A DNA stretch of 64,000 nt from positions 3,648,001 through 3,712,000 of the forward strand of contig OY843592.1 in NCBI GenBank assembly GCA_963692865.2, in the 5' to 3' direction. The position numbers and the translations under genes were made by a program. The notes under the pieces were generated by a model. That model was not told the origin of the DNA. It worked only from the letters and a program-made list of their open reading frames with translations, and did no database searches. Source of the stretch: a bacterium (lineage in GTDB: Bacteria; UBA8248). Shown here in pieces: positions 39,302 to 48,552 of this stretch (position 1 is the first letter of the stretch; each line of letters begins with the position of its first letter).

Positions 39302-39905
39302 GGGGTTGTTGGAAAAGCCCTGATTTCGTGATTTTGGGTGTTGCCGACCCAGGAGAGAGGTGACTTCATTCCACCTTTGCAAAGCGCCAACCAACCACTC
39401 CCCCCTTGAGGGGGAGTCGACGAGGTAAGGGCGTAAGCCCGCAAGCGAGTCGGTGGGGGGAGCTTTTATTTTAGAATCGTCTCCCCACCGAATCGGCCTA
39501 CGCCCAAGGGCTTGGCCTCTTCGTCTGGCTTTCCCCTCGAGAAGCCAGACCCTCAAGGGGGGAGTGGACCCAAAACTCCTGAAAGGTTTTGCGGTATTGT
39601 AGGGGTCGCATATATGCGACCCGTGTTTTGCAGACGAAAAGGCAGGGCCGCATGTATGCGGCCCCTACAATTGAAACGACAATGCCGCCGGAATGACGGC
39701 GGTGGTCGGTTCCGACCGAAGAGGGAGGAACCACCACCTACCGTAGGGACAGGCCTCCGTGCCTGTCCTTACGAAATGACAACCACGGAGGGCAGGACAA
39801 CCCCGAGGAGGGGTTGTCCCTACGAAACACGAAACCATCGCGCCTACGCGCACCACGTGAACCTCCATGCCGACCAACGCGCAAACCGGCTTTTCCAACA
39901 ACCCC
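39302..39905. mobile_element. 604-bp TIR element with perfect 18-bp TIRs and a multi-family REP mosaic
   Basis: GGGGTTGTTGGAAAAGCC / GGCTTTTCCAACAACCCC; flanks TGCCC / TACCC; interior has family-5 REPIN 39395-39567, GTAG doublets 39599-39668 and 39743-39823, and half of a family-2 motif near 39686. Confidence 0.85.
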
Positions 39906-39933
39906 TACCCCCCAAGCGTTCGAACCGCCCGCA

Positions 39934-40749
39934 TCAAAGCCGCATCAAATCCTCGCCTGCGACGATTTCGCCCTCGAAATAGGGGGCAATCGCCGCGCGC
40001 ACCTTGTCATTCGGCGCCAGGGGCGGAACGACGTGCGAGAACACCAGCTTGCCCACGCCGGCCTCGGCGGCCGTTCTGCCGACCTCCGCCGCCGTGGCGT
40101 GATGGGCCGCTACAATCTTCGCCGTGGCCCTGAAACTCCCGAACCTCTCGTCTATCAACTCCGGGATACAGGGGTGCATCACCAGCACGTCCGCCCCCCG
40201 CGCGAGAGGAACCAGCTTATCCGTCGGACTGCCGTCGCTCGCGATGACGATCTTTCTCCCATCCGCCTCGAAGGCGTAGGAGAGGATGTCGTCCACGTTG
40301 CCGTGATTCGTGCCCTTATCGACGCGGATCCCGATATCGTCTACCTCAAACGCATCGCCGGGTTTGAGAACCGACACCTCGATATCCGTTCCCGCCCTGG
40401 GCTTTCCCTCGTTCGCCCTGAGATCGATGTCGTACTCGTAATAGCGCAGCATCCGCTCCACTATCTCCTCGACGTGCGACGGCCCGTAGACCTTGAGCGG
40501 CGTCGCCGCGCCCATGATCCAGCGCGAGATGAAGAACTCGCCGAATCCCGTGTAGTGATCCGAGTGAAAATGCGTGAAGAACAGGTGGTCCACCTTGCTG
40601 ACGTGATAGCCCGACTTCATGATCTGGGTCGCGGCGCCGCGGGCGGCGTCCACCAGATAGAGCTTCCCGCCCTTGACGATCGCGTTGCACGGGCCGCTTT
40701 TCTGCGGGGTCGGCGGCGGCGCGCCCACGCCCAGGAGTATGAGTTCCAA
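39934..40749 (-). CDS. RNase Z/arylsulfatase-like MBL-fold hydrolase
   Basis: LILLGVG, THFHSDH, NHG, SDG, AHHAT, FSHVVP; TTG start after GGAGG. Confidence 0.85.
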   Translation of the reverse strand: MELILLGVGAPPPTPQKSGPCNAIVKGGKLYLVDAARGAATQIMKSGYHVSKVDHLFFTHFHSDHYTGFGEFFISRWIMGAATPLKVYGPSHVEEIVERMLRYYEYDIDLRANEGKPRAGTDIEVSVLKPGDAFEVDDIGIRVDKGTNHGNVDDILSYAFEADGRKIVIASDGSPTDKLVPLARGADVLVMHPCIPELIDERFGSFRATAKIVAAHHATAAEVGRTAAEAGVGKLVFSHVVPPLAPNDKVRAAIAPYFEGEIVAGEDLMRL

Positions 40750-40862
40750 AACGGGTTTCCTCCCCTTCGCCAAAGTGTGCGAGCGTGTTGCCGGAATGGA
40801 TGCCTGGGAGGTATTCTTGCGCGAACATCCTCGTTCACGTCAACCGGAAGAGAGAGACCGCC

Positions 40863-41723
40863 ATGAAGCGCCTTTCCGAGCACCTGTACGCAGAGACCGA
40901 CTACGACTGGGCGAACGTGGGCGCCGCCGTCACGGAGCGCGGCGTCGTCCTCCTCGACTGCCCGGTGCGGCCGAGCGATTCGCGCAAGTGGCAGGAAGAG
41001 GTCTCGCGTTTAAGCCCGCTGGGGGTGCGCTACCTCATCGCCACCGATTACCACGGCGACCACACCACGGGCTCCTCGTTCATCGAAGGAGACGTGGCGC
41101 TCATCGCCCCCCAGTACGTCTATGACGAGATATCGAAGGGCGACAACGCATTTTCCAAGGAAATCTTCGTGAAGACGCTCCGGGACCTGGGCTTCACCGA
41201 GGAGGCGGATGAGATCACGAGCGCCGCCGTGCCGCTTCCCCAGTTCTGCTTCGAGGACACCCTCACGCTGCACCTTGCGCCGCTCACGTTCGAGATTCAC
41301 CGCAAGGGCGGCCACTCCCCCGCATGCACGTCCGTCCTCGTGCCCGAGGAGGGCGTGCTCTTCGCAGGCGACGTCGTGATCAACGGCCCCTCGGCCGGCA
41401 TGCGCGACGCCTTCGTGCAGGAGTGGATAGACGCGCTCGCCTGGGTGGAGGATCTCGATATCGAGACCATCGTGCCCGGCCACGGCGAGATATGCGGCAA
41501 GGAAGCGGCGACGGAGTTGAAAGGCCGTTTGAGCGGGATGATGGAGATCATGGTCGAGGTCGTCGCCGCGGGCAAGGAGAAGCGGGAAGCCACGGAGGAC
41601 CAGAAATTCATGAAATATTTCCACGCCGACGAAACGCGCGGCGAATACTGGCTCCAGCAGAGAAAAGAAACCTTCCGAGACGGCCTGGAGCGCCTGTATG
41701 ACGAGGTCGTCGCGCAACGCTAG
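40863..41723 (+). CDS. MBL-fold metallo-hydrolase (cyclase-like)
   Basis: ATDYHGDH, GGHSP, FAGDV, VPGHG. Confidence 0.85.
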   Translation: MKRLSEHLYAETDYDWANVGAAVTERGVVLLDCPVRPSDSRKWQEEVSRLSPLGVRYLIATDYHGDHTTGSSFIEGDVALIAPQYVYDEISKGDNAFSKEIFVKTLRDLGFTEEADEITSAAVPLPQFCFEDTLTLHLAPLTFEIHRKGGHSPACTSVLVPEEGVLFAGDVVINGPSAGMRDAFVQEWIDALAWVEDLDIETIVPGHGEICGKEAATELKGRLSGMMEIMVEVVAAGKEKREATEDQKFMKYFHADETRGEYWLQQRKETFRDGLERLYDEVVAQR

Positions 41724-41758
41724 AGCCTGCTCCATCACCAACCGACAAGGAGGCGCAA

Positions 41759-42187
41759 ATGAGAGTAGAAGAGAAGAGAATCGGCCGCATCTTCCGCGTC
41801 ACGCTGGAGGCCGGAGACAATTTCTATACGAACCTGTGCGATCTCGTGAAGGAGAAGAACATCCGCGCGGGTTCGGTTTTCCTCATCGGCGCCCTCGCCG
41901 AGACGGACATGATTTCGGGCTTCAAGAGCATGGACGGCTACGACGTCGACCGCCTGCACTTCGAGGGCTGGCGCGAACTCGTGGCGCTCGGCAACATCAC
42001 CTGGCCGGACGAGCCGCCCCTCGCGCTCGGCGACGTGACCTGGGACGAACCCCAGCCCTACGTCCACGTGCACATGGCCATCAGCGGCGGTCCGGGCGAG
42101 CCGGAAAAGGTTCTGGCGGGCCACCTGAGCGACGGCATCATCAAAGGCGGGATGGTCGTCGAAATCTACGAGCACCTGGACGCCTAG
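41759..42187 (+). CDS. PPC/DUF296 domain protein
   Basis: IGAL, ELVALGNIT, PYVHVHMAIS, AGHL; AAGGAGG RBS. Confidence 0.87.
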   Translation: MRVEEKRIGRIFRVTLEAGDNFYTNLCDLVKEKNIRAGSVFLIGALAETDMISGFKSMDGYDVDRLHFEGWRELVALGNITWPDEPPLALGDVTWDEPQPYVHVHMAISGGPGEPEKVLAGHLSDGIIKGGMVVEIYEHLDA

Positions 42188-42231
42188 AGGGGTTCACAAC
42201 CCTTTTCGGGTGTTGTTGACAGAAAGAAACG

Positions 42232-43383
42232 ATGACCGACTCCTCCCTCGAACATCTCCCCTTCGCGCCCAGCGAAGACCCCTTCGTCGTGGAGCACGGC
42301 GGCTTCTACCGCCGGTGGTTCTCCATGATCGAGGACTTGGAGGAACTGAAAAGCGCCGTCGCGTCCCTCGAAGGCACGACGGACGATTTGTGGGTTCCCC
42401 TCTGGCGCGAAATCGGCGCGCGCTACGAAGAGCAGGCGGAAGAACTCGCAGGCCAAGGAGAGACGATCACCGCACGGGAGAAATTCCTCCTCGCCAAGAC
42501 CTACTACAGCATCGCGCGATTCCCCAGACTCCTCACACCGCTCAAGGAGCAAGCCAACCAGGACTGCATACGCGCGTATCTGAAATCGTGCGAATTCCTC
42601 GACCCGCCGCTCGAAGTCGTCGGCGTGGAATCCGAAGGCGAGCGCATCACCTCCCATTTCCGCGCGCCAAAAGAAGCGAGCGCCGCGAATCCCGGCCCCG
42701 CCGTCCTCGTCATGTGCGGCGGGGACATGTTCAAGGAAGACCGCGGCTGGGCGGGCGAGATGGCTCTCGAACACGGCCTCGCCACGCTCGTGATGGACGG
42801 CCCCGGCACGGGGGAGAACCCCTTTCCCTACGAGCCCGAATCCGTCATCGCCTGGAAGGCGGCTGTCGACTATCTCGCCGCCCGTCCCGAAGTGGACTCA
42901 GGAAGCATCGGCGCGTTCGGCATCAGCCGGGGCGGCCATTCGGTGATGCTGCTCGCGGGTTCCTATCCCGAGAAGGTCAAGGCCGCCGTGGCGAGCGCGG
43001 GCCATCACTTCGGCTACCGCATGACGGAGGCGGAGATGGAGAACTACGTCGCCAACAGGAACAGGCGCGCTTCTTACATATTCGGCGCTCCGGGCGACGG
43101 CCCCTCGTTTCCCCCCACCTCGGTCGAGCAGGAAGAGGCGCTGTTCAAGCGCTGGTCGCTGAGCGAACTGGGCCTCGTGGATAAAATCGTCTGCCCCGTC
43201 TTGATGATCAACGGAAAACAGGATCACCTGGCTCCGGTCGGGAACATCTACTACATGCTCGAGCACGGCCCCGTCACCGGCAAGGAGGCGCGCGTCTACC
43301 CGGATGACGGCCACTGCGCCTTCAAGCGCTTCGCCGAGTGGGCGCCCGAGTCGTTTCGGTGGTTGAGGGAGAGGTTGGGGTAA
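42232..43383 (+). CDS. Alpha/beta hydrolase (FrsA/DHPON hydrolase-like)
   Basis: GGDMFKED, MDGPGTGE, GISRGG nucleophile elbow, NGKQD, DGHC. Confidence 0.85.
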   Translation: MTDSSLEHLPFAPSEDPFVVEHGGFYRRWFSMIEDLEELKSAVASLEGTTDDLWVPLWREIGARYEEQAEELAGQGETITAREKFLLAKTYYSIARFPRLLTPLKEQANQDCIRAYLKSCEFLDPPLEVVGVESEGERITSHFRAPKEASAANPGPAVLVMCGGDMFKEDRGWAGEMALEHGLATLVMDGPGTGENPFPYEPESVIAWKAAVDYLAARPEVDSGSIGAFGISRGGHSVMLLAGSYPEKVKAAVASAGHHFGYRMTEAEMENYVANRNRRASYIFGAPGDGPSFPPTSVEQEEALFKRWSLSELGLVDKIVCPVLMINGKQDHLAPVGNIYYMLEHGPVTGKEARVYPDDGHCAFKRFAEWAPESFRWLRERLG

Positions 43384-43667
43384 TACGCATAAAAACAATA
43401 TCTTAACACTTCATAAGTTTATCGAAAACCATCGTGAATTTAGCTAATTTTTTCGAATTGTTTCAGCCTTCTTATTGATTTTTCTTCGTCAATTCCGGCG
43501 GATGTGCTCCAGGGAACGGTCGTCGAGATGTTTGTGTCCGATCTCGAAGTCGTGTATATTACCCTAATCCTGATTTGTTCATACGATTTTTGGGGTCTTT
43601 CGGTTCCTGACGGGGGCCGACAATTCAAGCCAGCGGGAATGCCCAATCTACAGAGGAGATTGGAGCA

Positions 43668-45437
43668 ATGTCCTCACGCCGAGCCCTGATCGATGTCGCC
43701 CTTGGCAATGAACCGGCAGACCTCGTCATCACGAATGGCCGCGTCGTCAACGTACATACCTGTGAAATCTACAGCGCCGGAGTCGCTATAAAGGGCGACC
43801 GGATAGCGGCGGTCGGTGACATCGATTATGCGATCGGTGCGGACACGGAAGTGATCGACGCGGAGAATCGCTATGTGACGCCCGGCCTGGTCGACGGCCA
43901 CCTCCATATGTATCACTCCTACCTGGGCGTGAACGAGTTCGTCGAAGGGATGCTGCGGCATGGCGTCACCGCCTACGCAGACGGCTTCTATGGCCAGGGG
44001 ATCGTCGGCGGCCGGGAAGCGATCCGGTTTTTCAAGGATGCGCTCGAGGCCACCCCCCTCAGGCTGATATTCCTGGTCCCCACCCTCGCGCACCTGCAGA
44101 ACCGCGAACTCGGCCTCGAGCCCACGCCGGGCATCAGCGTCGAGGAGATGAACGAGATGCTCGACTGGGAAAACTGCGTGGGTCTTGAGGAGCCGCCGTT
44201 CCTGCCGGTCTGCGAGAAGTGGGACGATTACCTGGACCTCTTCGACCGGTGCCTGGAGCAGCGTAAAACGATTACGGGACATGCCGCCGGCGCAAACTGG
44301 CGCCAGATGCAGGCATACGCCGCGGTCGGAACCAGTACCGACCACGAGTCCATTGCGACCGACGAGGCGGTCGACAAGACCCGGGCCGGCTTTCGCCTGC
44401 TCATGCGCCTCGGGTCAGGCGCGATTGACGTGCCGGAGCTCGTCAAGGCGTATCTTGAGCACAAGATCGACCCGAGAGCGCTTGCCATGTGCGCCGATCT
44501 TGCATCGCCGGAGAAACTGCTGCGAGAGGGCGGGGTCGACGATAATATCCGCGTGGCCATTAGAAACGGGGTGCCGCCCGTTGTCGCGGTTCAGATGGCG
44601 ACCATCAATGTCGCCGAGGCCTTCTATTTGCAGAGGGACATAGGGGCGGTTGCTCCTGGCCGCTACGCTGACATCCTGCTCGTCGACGACCTGGTCACGT
44701 TTGATATCTCCCGCGTGTTCGTCGGCGGGGAGACCGTAGTGCATGACGGCGAGTTCCTGGCGGACCTGGCACCCATCGAGTATCCCGGCAACTTCCGCGG
44801 GACGGTCAGGATCGAGCGTGAGATCACCGCCGGTGCTCTAGAACCTCGAACCGATGAGGAGGGCCCGGTGACCGTCCGGGTAATCGGCGTGACGGACGGC
44901 AGCCTTGTCACCGATGACGGAAGAGCGGTCCTCAACGTCGACGACGGCGTGATAAGGCCTGATCTCGACAACGACATCCTGCCGCTGACGATGGCCGATC
45001 GGTTCGGCAAGGGAGGCGGGCGCATCGGCAACGGCTTCGTGCGCGGCTTCGGACTCAAGCGCGGCGCGATTGCGTCGACTGTAAACGCCGTCTGCGAGAA
45101 TCTGGTTGCGGTCGGCGCGAGCACGTCCGATATGGCATTCGCCATGAACAAGCTCGCCGAGATCGGCGGCGGGAAGATCGTCGTTGCCGATGGCGAGATC
45201 CTCGCGCTGGTGGAGTTGCCCCTTCTCGGGCTTTTGTCCGAAGAACCGACGGAGACGGTCACGGCGAAGTTCGACAAGGCGTTCGACGCCATACGCGAAC
45301 TCGGGTGCGATCTGGCGAGCCCGTTCTCACAGCTTGAGTTCAGCTTCGCCTGCGGCGAAATCGGCGACCTGCGGCTTTCCGACGAAGGGTTGTTGCGGGT
45401 TGACCCGCCGGAGATGGTGCCGTTGGTCGTAGCATGA
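43668..45437 (+). CDS. Adenine deaminase family protein with divergent motifs
   Basis: ADLVITNGRVVNV, PGLVDGHLH, GHA, TDHES, MATINVAE, GAVAPGRYAD, GFGLKRGAIAST. Confidence 0.85.
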   Translation: MSSRRALIDVALGNEPADLVITNGRVVNVHTCEIYSAGVAIKGDRIAAVGDIDYAIGADTEVIDAENRYVTPGLVDGHLHMYHSYLGVNEFVEGMLRHGVTAYADGFYGQGIVGGREAIRFFKDALEATPLRLIFLVPTLAHLQNRELGLEPTPGISVEEMNEMLDWENCVGLEEPPFLPVCEKWDDYLDLFDRCLEQRKTITGHAAGANWRQMQAYAAVGTSTDHESIATDEAVDKTRAGFRLLMRLGSGAIDVPELVKAYLEHKIDPRALAMCADLASPEKLLREGGVDDNIRVAIRNGVPPVVAVQMATINVAEAFYLQRDIGAVAPGRYADILLVDDLVTFDISRVFVGGETVVHDGEFLADLAPIEYPGNFRGTVRIEREITAGALEPRTDEEGPVTVRVIGVTDGSLVTDDGRAVLNVDDGVIRPDLDNDILPLTMADRFGKGGGRIGNGFVRGFGLKRGAIASTVNAVCENLVAVGASTSDMAFAMNKLAEIGGGKIVVADGEILALVELPLLGLLSEEPTETVTAKFDKAFDAIRELGCDLASPFSQLEFSFACGEIGDLRLSDEGLLRVDPPEMVPLVVA

Positions 45438-45465
45438 CGAAAACCGGAAACACGAAGGAGAGATC

Positions 45466-46227
45466 ATGAGTGAGGGAAAGCTGGCAGGCCGGGTCGCAAT
45501 CGTGACCGGCGGATCGCGGGGGCTTGGACAGGCGATTGCGTGGGAATTCGCGAGTGAGGGCGCAGACGTGGCCGTGGTCGGCCGAGACGAAGACGCCCTC
45601 GCCGAGACGATTGACGGGGTCGAGCAACGTGGCCGAAAGGCCGTCGGTATCGCGGCGGAGCTCCGTGAAGTCGCCTCGATCCCGGGGGTTTTCGACAAAG
45701 CCGAGAGCGAACTCGGCGAATCGACGATTCTTGTCAACAGTGCGGGCGTACAGGGGGATCGTCCGGCACTCGAAGTCACCGAGGCGCAGTATGACGAGGT
45801 CGCCGATACCAACATGAAGGCGCTGTTCTTCTGCTGCCAGGAGGCCGGCAAGCGGTGGATCGAGCGCAAGAGCGGCGGGCGCATCATCAACCTCGGTTCC
45901 ATTTTCGCCGTCGTCGGGATGCCCAATTTCTCGGTCTATTGCTCAACGAAAGGCGGCGTGCTGCTGCTCTCCAAAGCGCTCGCGATCGAGTGGGGGCCAC
46001 ACGGAATCAACGTCAATCTGATCGGCCCCTGCGCCACGATGACGGACATGGTCAGGCCGCTGTTCGACGACCCCGATTTCAAGGCGGCGTACATGCCGAG
46101 GGTGCCCGCCGGCGCCCTGCCTGATCCCCTGGACATCGGCAGAGCAGCCGTCTTCCTGGCCTCGGACGATGCGCGGATGATTCATGGACACCATCTACTC
46201 GTCGATTCCGGCTATACGACCAATTAA
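45466..46227 (+). CDS. SDR family oxidoreductase
   Basis: TGGSRGLG, VNSAG, YCSTK. Confidence 0.92.
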   Translation: MSEGKLAGRVAIVTGGSRGLGQAIAWEFASEGADVAVVGRDEDALAETIDGVEQRGRKAVGIAAELREVASIPGVFDKAESELGESTILVNSAGVQGDRPALEVTEAQYDEVADTNMKALFFCCQEAGKRWIERKSGGRIINLGSIFAVVGMPNFSVYCSTKGGVLLLSKALAIEWGPHGINVNLIGPCATMTDMVRPLFDDPDFKAAYMPRVPAGALPDPLDIGRAAVFLASDDARMIHGHHLLVDSGYTTN

Positions 46228-46244
46228 TCGAAGTTCGGGGGGCT

Positions 46245-47348
46245 GTGACCCTGGTGACTGATCAGAGCGAAACACCAGGCGGGCCTGTCGCAGGCGACCA
46301 TATCGGGAACGGTCCCAACCAGGAAACGGCCCGGGCCGTCGGCGCCTTGGAACGAACGCGGGGAATGATGCGCCTTGAGGTGCAGTTGCTGTTTGTCCTC
46401 GTCTTCCTCTACCTCGTGTTTTCGGCCATAGAACCCGACATCTTTCTTTCCGTCAGAACCATCGAGAATCTCGCCAGACAGGCGGGGGTGCTGCTGGTCG
46501 CCAGCGTCGGGCAAATGCTGGTGCTCGTCGTGGGTGGTTTCGACATTTCGGTCGGCGCGACTGCGGGATTCGCCTCCACGGCGCTGGCGCTGCTCGTCGA
46601 CGATTTCGGGCTGTACGGGGCCGTCACGGCGGCTTTGGCGCTTGGAGCCCTTGTCGGATCCGTCAACGGTCTTGTTATCGCGTATCTGGGGGTCAACCCC
46701 TTCGTGGCTACCTTGGCGATGCTGACATTCCTGACCGGGTTGTCAAACGAACTGAGCAGCGGTGCGTCGGTTCCGATTACCGACCGGGGTGTGAGCGCGT
46801 TCGGGGCGGACGAGTGGGGGCCGTTGCCGGGGACAATGGGAGTCGGACTGGTTGTCGTATTCATTGCGTACCTGCTCCTCAACCGCGTCAGGGCGGGTCT
46901 TTACATCTATGCGATAGGGGGTGCTCGTGAGACGTCGCGGCTGTCGGGGATTTCGGTCGCCCGTTACGAGGTTCTCGCCTATGCGATGTGCGGTCTTTTT
47001 GCCGCAACCGCCGGGGTCATGCTCGCATCCAGGGTCACGCTTGGACAGGCAAGCCTCGGGGCCGGGCTGGAGCTTGAATCCATCGCCGCGGCGGTGATCG
47101 GGGGCGCCGCGATCGGCGGCGGAGTCGGTCGGCTGCTTGGCGCTGCGATGGGAGTGGGGATACTGACGGTACTCACCAGCGGTCTCGAGATCGTCGGTGT
47201 TTCGGAGTTCGCGCGCCAGATGGTTACCGGCGTCGTGCTGGTTGTAGCGGTCGCCTTCAACCAGCGGCGACGAATAGGTGAATGGGAGATCCTAAAGCGG
47301 GCAAAATCCCTGCTTCGCGGCAGCGGCGCCCGGTTAAGCGGTCCTTGA
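46245..47348 (+). CDS. Sugar/nucleoside ABC permease (RbsC-like)
   Basis: GGFDISVG, NPFVATLA, YAIGG...RLSGI, ELESIAAAVIGG; start uncertain. Confidence 0.88.
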   Translation: MTLVTDQSETPGGPVAGDHIGNGPNQETARAVGALERTRGMMRLEVQLLFVLVFLYLVFSAIEPDIFLSVRTIENLARQAGVLLVASVGQMLVLVVGGFDISVGATAGFASTALALLVDDFGLYGAVTAALALGALVGSVNGLVIAYLGVNPFVATLAMLTFLTGLSNELSSGASVPITDRGVSAFGADEWGPLPGTMGVGLVVVFIAYLLLNRVRAGLYIYAIGGARETSRLSGISVARYEVLAYAMCGLFAATAGVMLASRVTLGQASLGAGLELESIAAAVIGGAAIGGGVGRLLGAAMGVGILTVLTSGLEIVGVSEFARQMVTGVVLVVAVAFNQRRRIGEWEILKRAKSLLRGSGARLSGP

Positions 47349-47384
47349 CGCAACATGTCGTTTTCACTGCCAAAGGAGAACACC

Positions 47385-48509
47385 ATGCGTATCAAATCCA
47401 TGATTGCCATGCTGAGTCTCGTCACGTTTATGCTTATGTTCTGGGGAGGGAGCGAGGTTCGCGCCCAGAAAATCAAAATCAGTCCCAAAGATGAAGCCTA
47501 TGCGAAGTATCAGGCGCTTTCGACGGCGAAGAAGCTGCATTCGAATCTTCCCTGCACGGTTTCTCCTACCCCGGATGAAGCCGCGGCGTACCGCGCGCCA
47601 AAAGCGAAGCGCAGATACACAATCGGCTTCATGGAGCCCACGCTGGCGGGACACTACTACCAGGCTGGTTCGAGCGGCGCGTTCAAGGCCGCCAAAGAAG
47701 CGGGCGTGAAGCTGGAGTTCGTTTCGGCGGGCACCGGATACGCGTCGCCCGAGCAGCAGCTCAAACAGGCCGAACGTCTCCTGCTGAAAGGCGTGGATGC
47801 AGTCGCCGTCATCCCGACCGATATTCAGGGCGGCGTCGCCATCACCAATCTTTTCCTCCGCGAGAAAATCCCGGTCGTGATCGTGGCCACCGAGTCCAGT
47901 TCGCCGGATGCATACATGGTGATGCAGGACGACTACCAGATGGGTCGTGATTCGGCTGACCTCCTGGTGAAGGAGACCGGCCCGAATGCCGGGAAGGGCA
48001 TCGTGATCGCCGGGCCAGCCAACGCCACCTGGTCGGCCAAGCGGGCAGCCGGTTTCGCGGATCGGGTGAAAGAAAAGTACCCGGGCGTCAAGATCGCCGT
48101 CTCGGCGACGCAGAACGTCGATCCGGCCCAAGGGCTGAAATCATTCGAGAACGCGGTTCAGGCCCATCCCGATATCAAATGGGTGTATTCGGTCTTCAAC
48201 CTGCTGCTCGATCCCGACTCGCTGCCGGCGCGGTACAAGAAAGTGGCTTTCGTCACGAACGGTCTGGACCCTGCCTCCATTCAGGATTTGAAAGAGGGTC
48301 AATACTCGACGATCATCGGCATCACGCCGACGCCGATGGGGTATCAGGGGGTGGGTCACGCCGTGGCGATACTGAACGGCGATCAAAACGTGCCCGCCCT
48401 GGTGTGCATTCCGCTGACGCGGTACACGGCAAAAGACATGCCGCCCAACAAAACGGCGGTGACTCTGGAGCTTATCCAGAAAGGGTTTGAGGTCTCGGCT
48501 CAAAAATGA
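47385..48509 (+). CDS. Sugar ABC substrate-binding protein (RbsB-like)
   Basis: AAGGAG RBS, signal peptide, KGVDAVAVIP, QDDYQMG, KRAAGF. Confidence 0.85.
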   Translation: MRIKSMIAMLSLVTFMLMFWGGSEVRAQKIKISPKDEAYAKYQALSTAKKLHSNLPCTVSPTPDEAAAYRAPKAKRRYTIGFMEPTLAGHYYQAGSSGAFKAAKEAGVKLEFVSAGTGYASPEQQLKQAERLLLKGVDAVAVIPTDIQGGVAITNLFLREKIPVVIVATESSSPDAYMVMQDDYQMGRDSADLLVKETGPNAGKGIVIAGPANATWSAKRAAGFADRVKEKYPGVKIAVSATQNVDPAQGLKSFENAVQAHPDIKWVYSVFNLLLDPDSLPARYKKVAFVTNGLDPASIQDLKEGQYSTIIGITPTPMGYQGVGHAVAILNGDQNVPALVCIPLTRYTAKDMPPNKTAVTLELIQKGFEVSAQK

Positions 48510-48552
48510 TCGGCAAGCAGCGCTTCGCTCGCAAGCCTGGTGGCCACAGAGG

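Noticed and set aside
42188-42225. GGGGTTCACAACCC and GGGTGTTGTTGACAG as TIR remnants
   Set aside because: Too short and degenerate to distinguish from a simple intergenic hairpin
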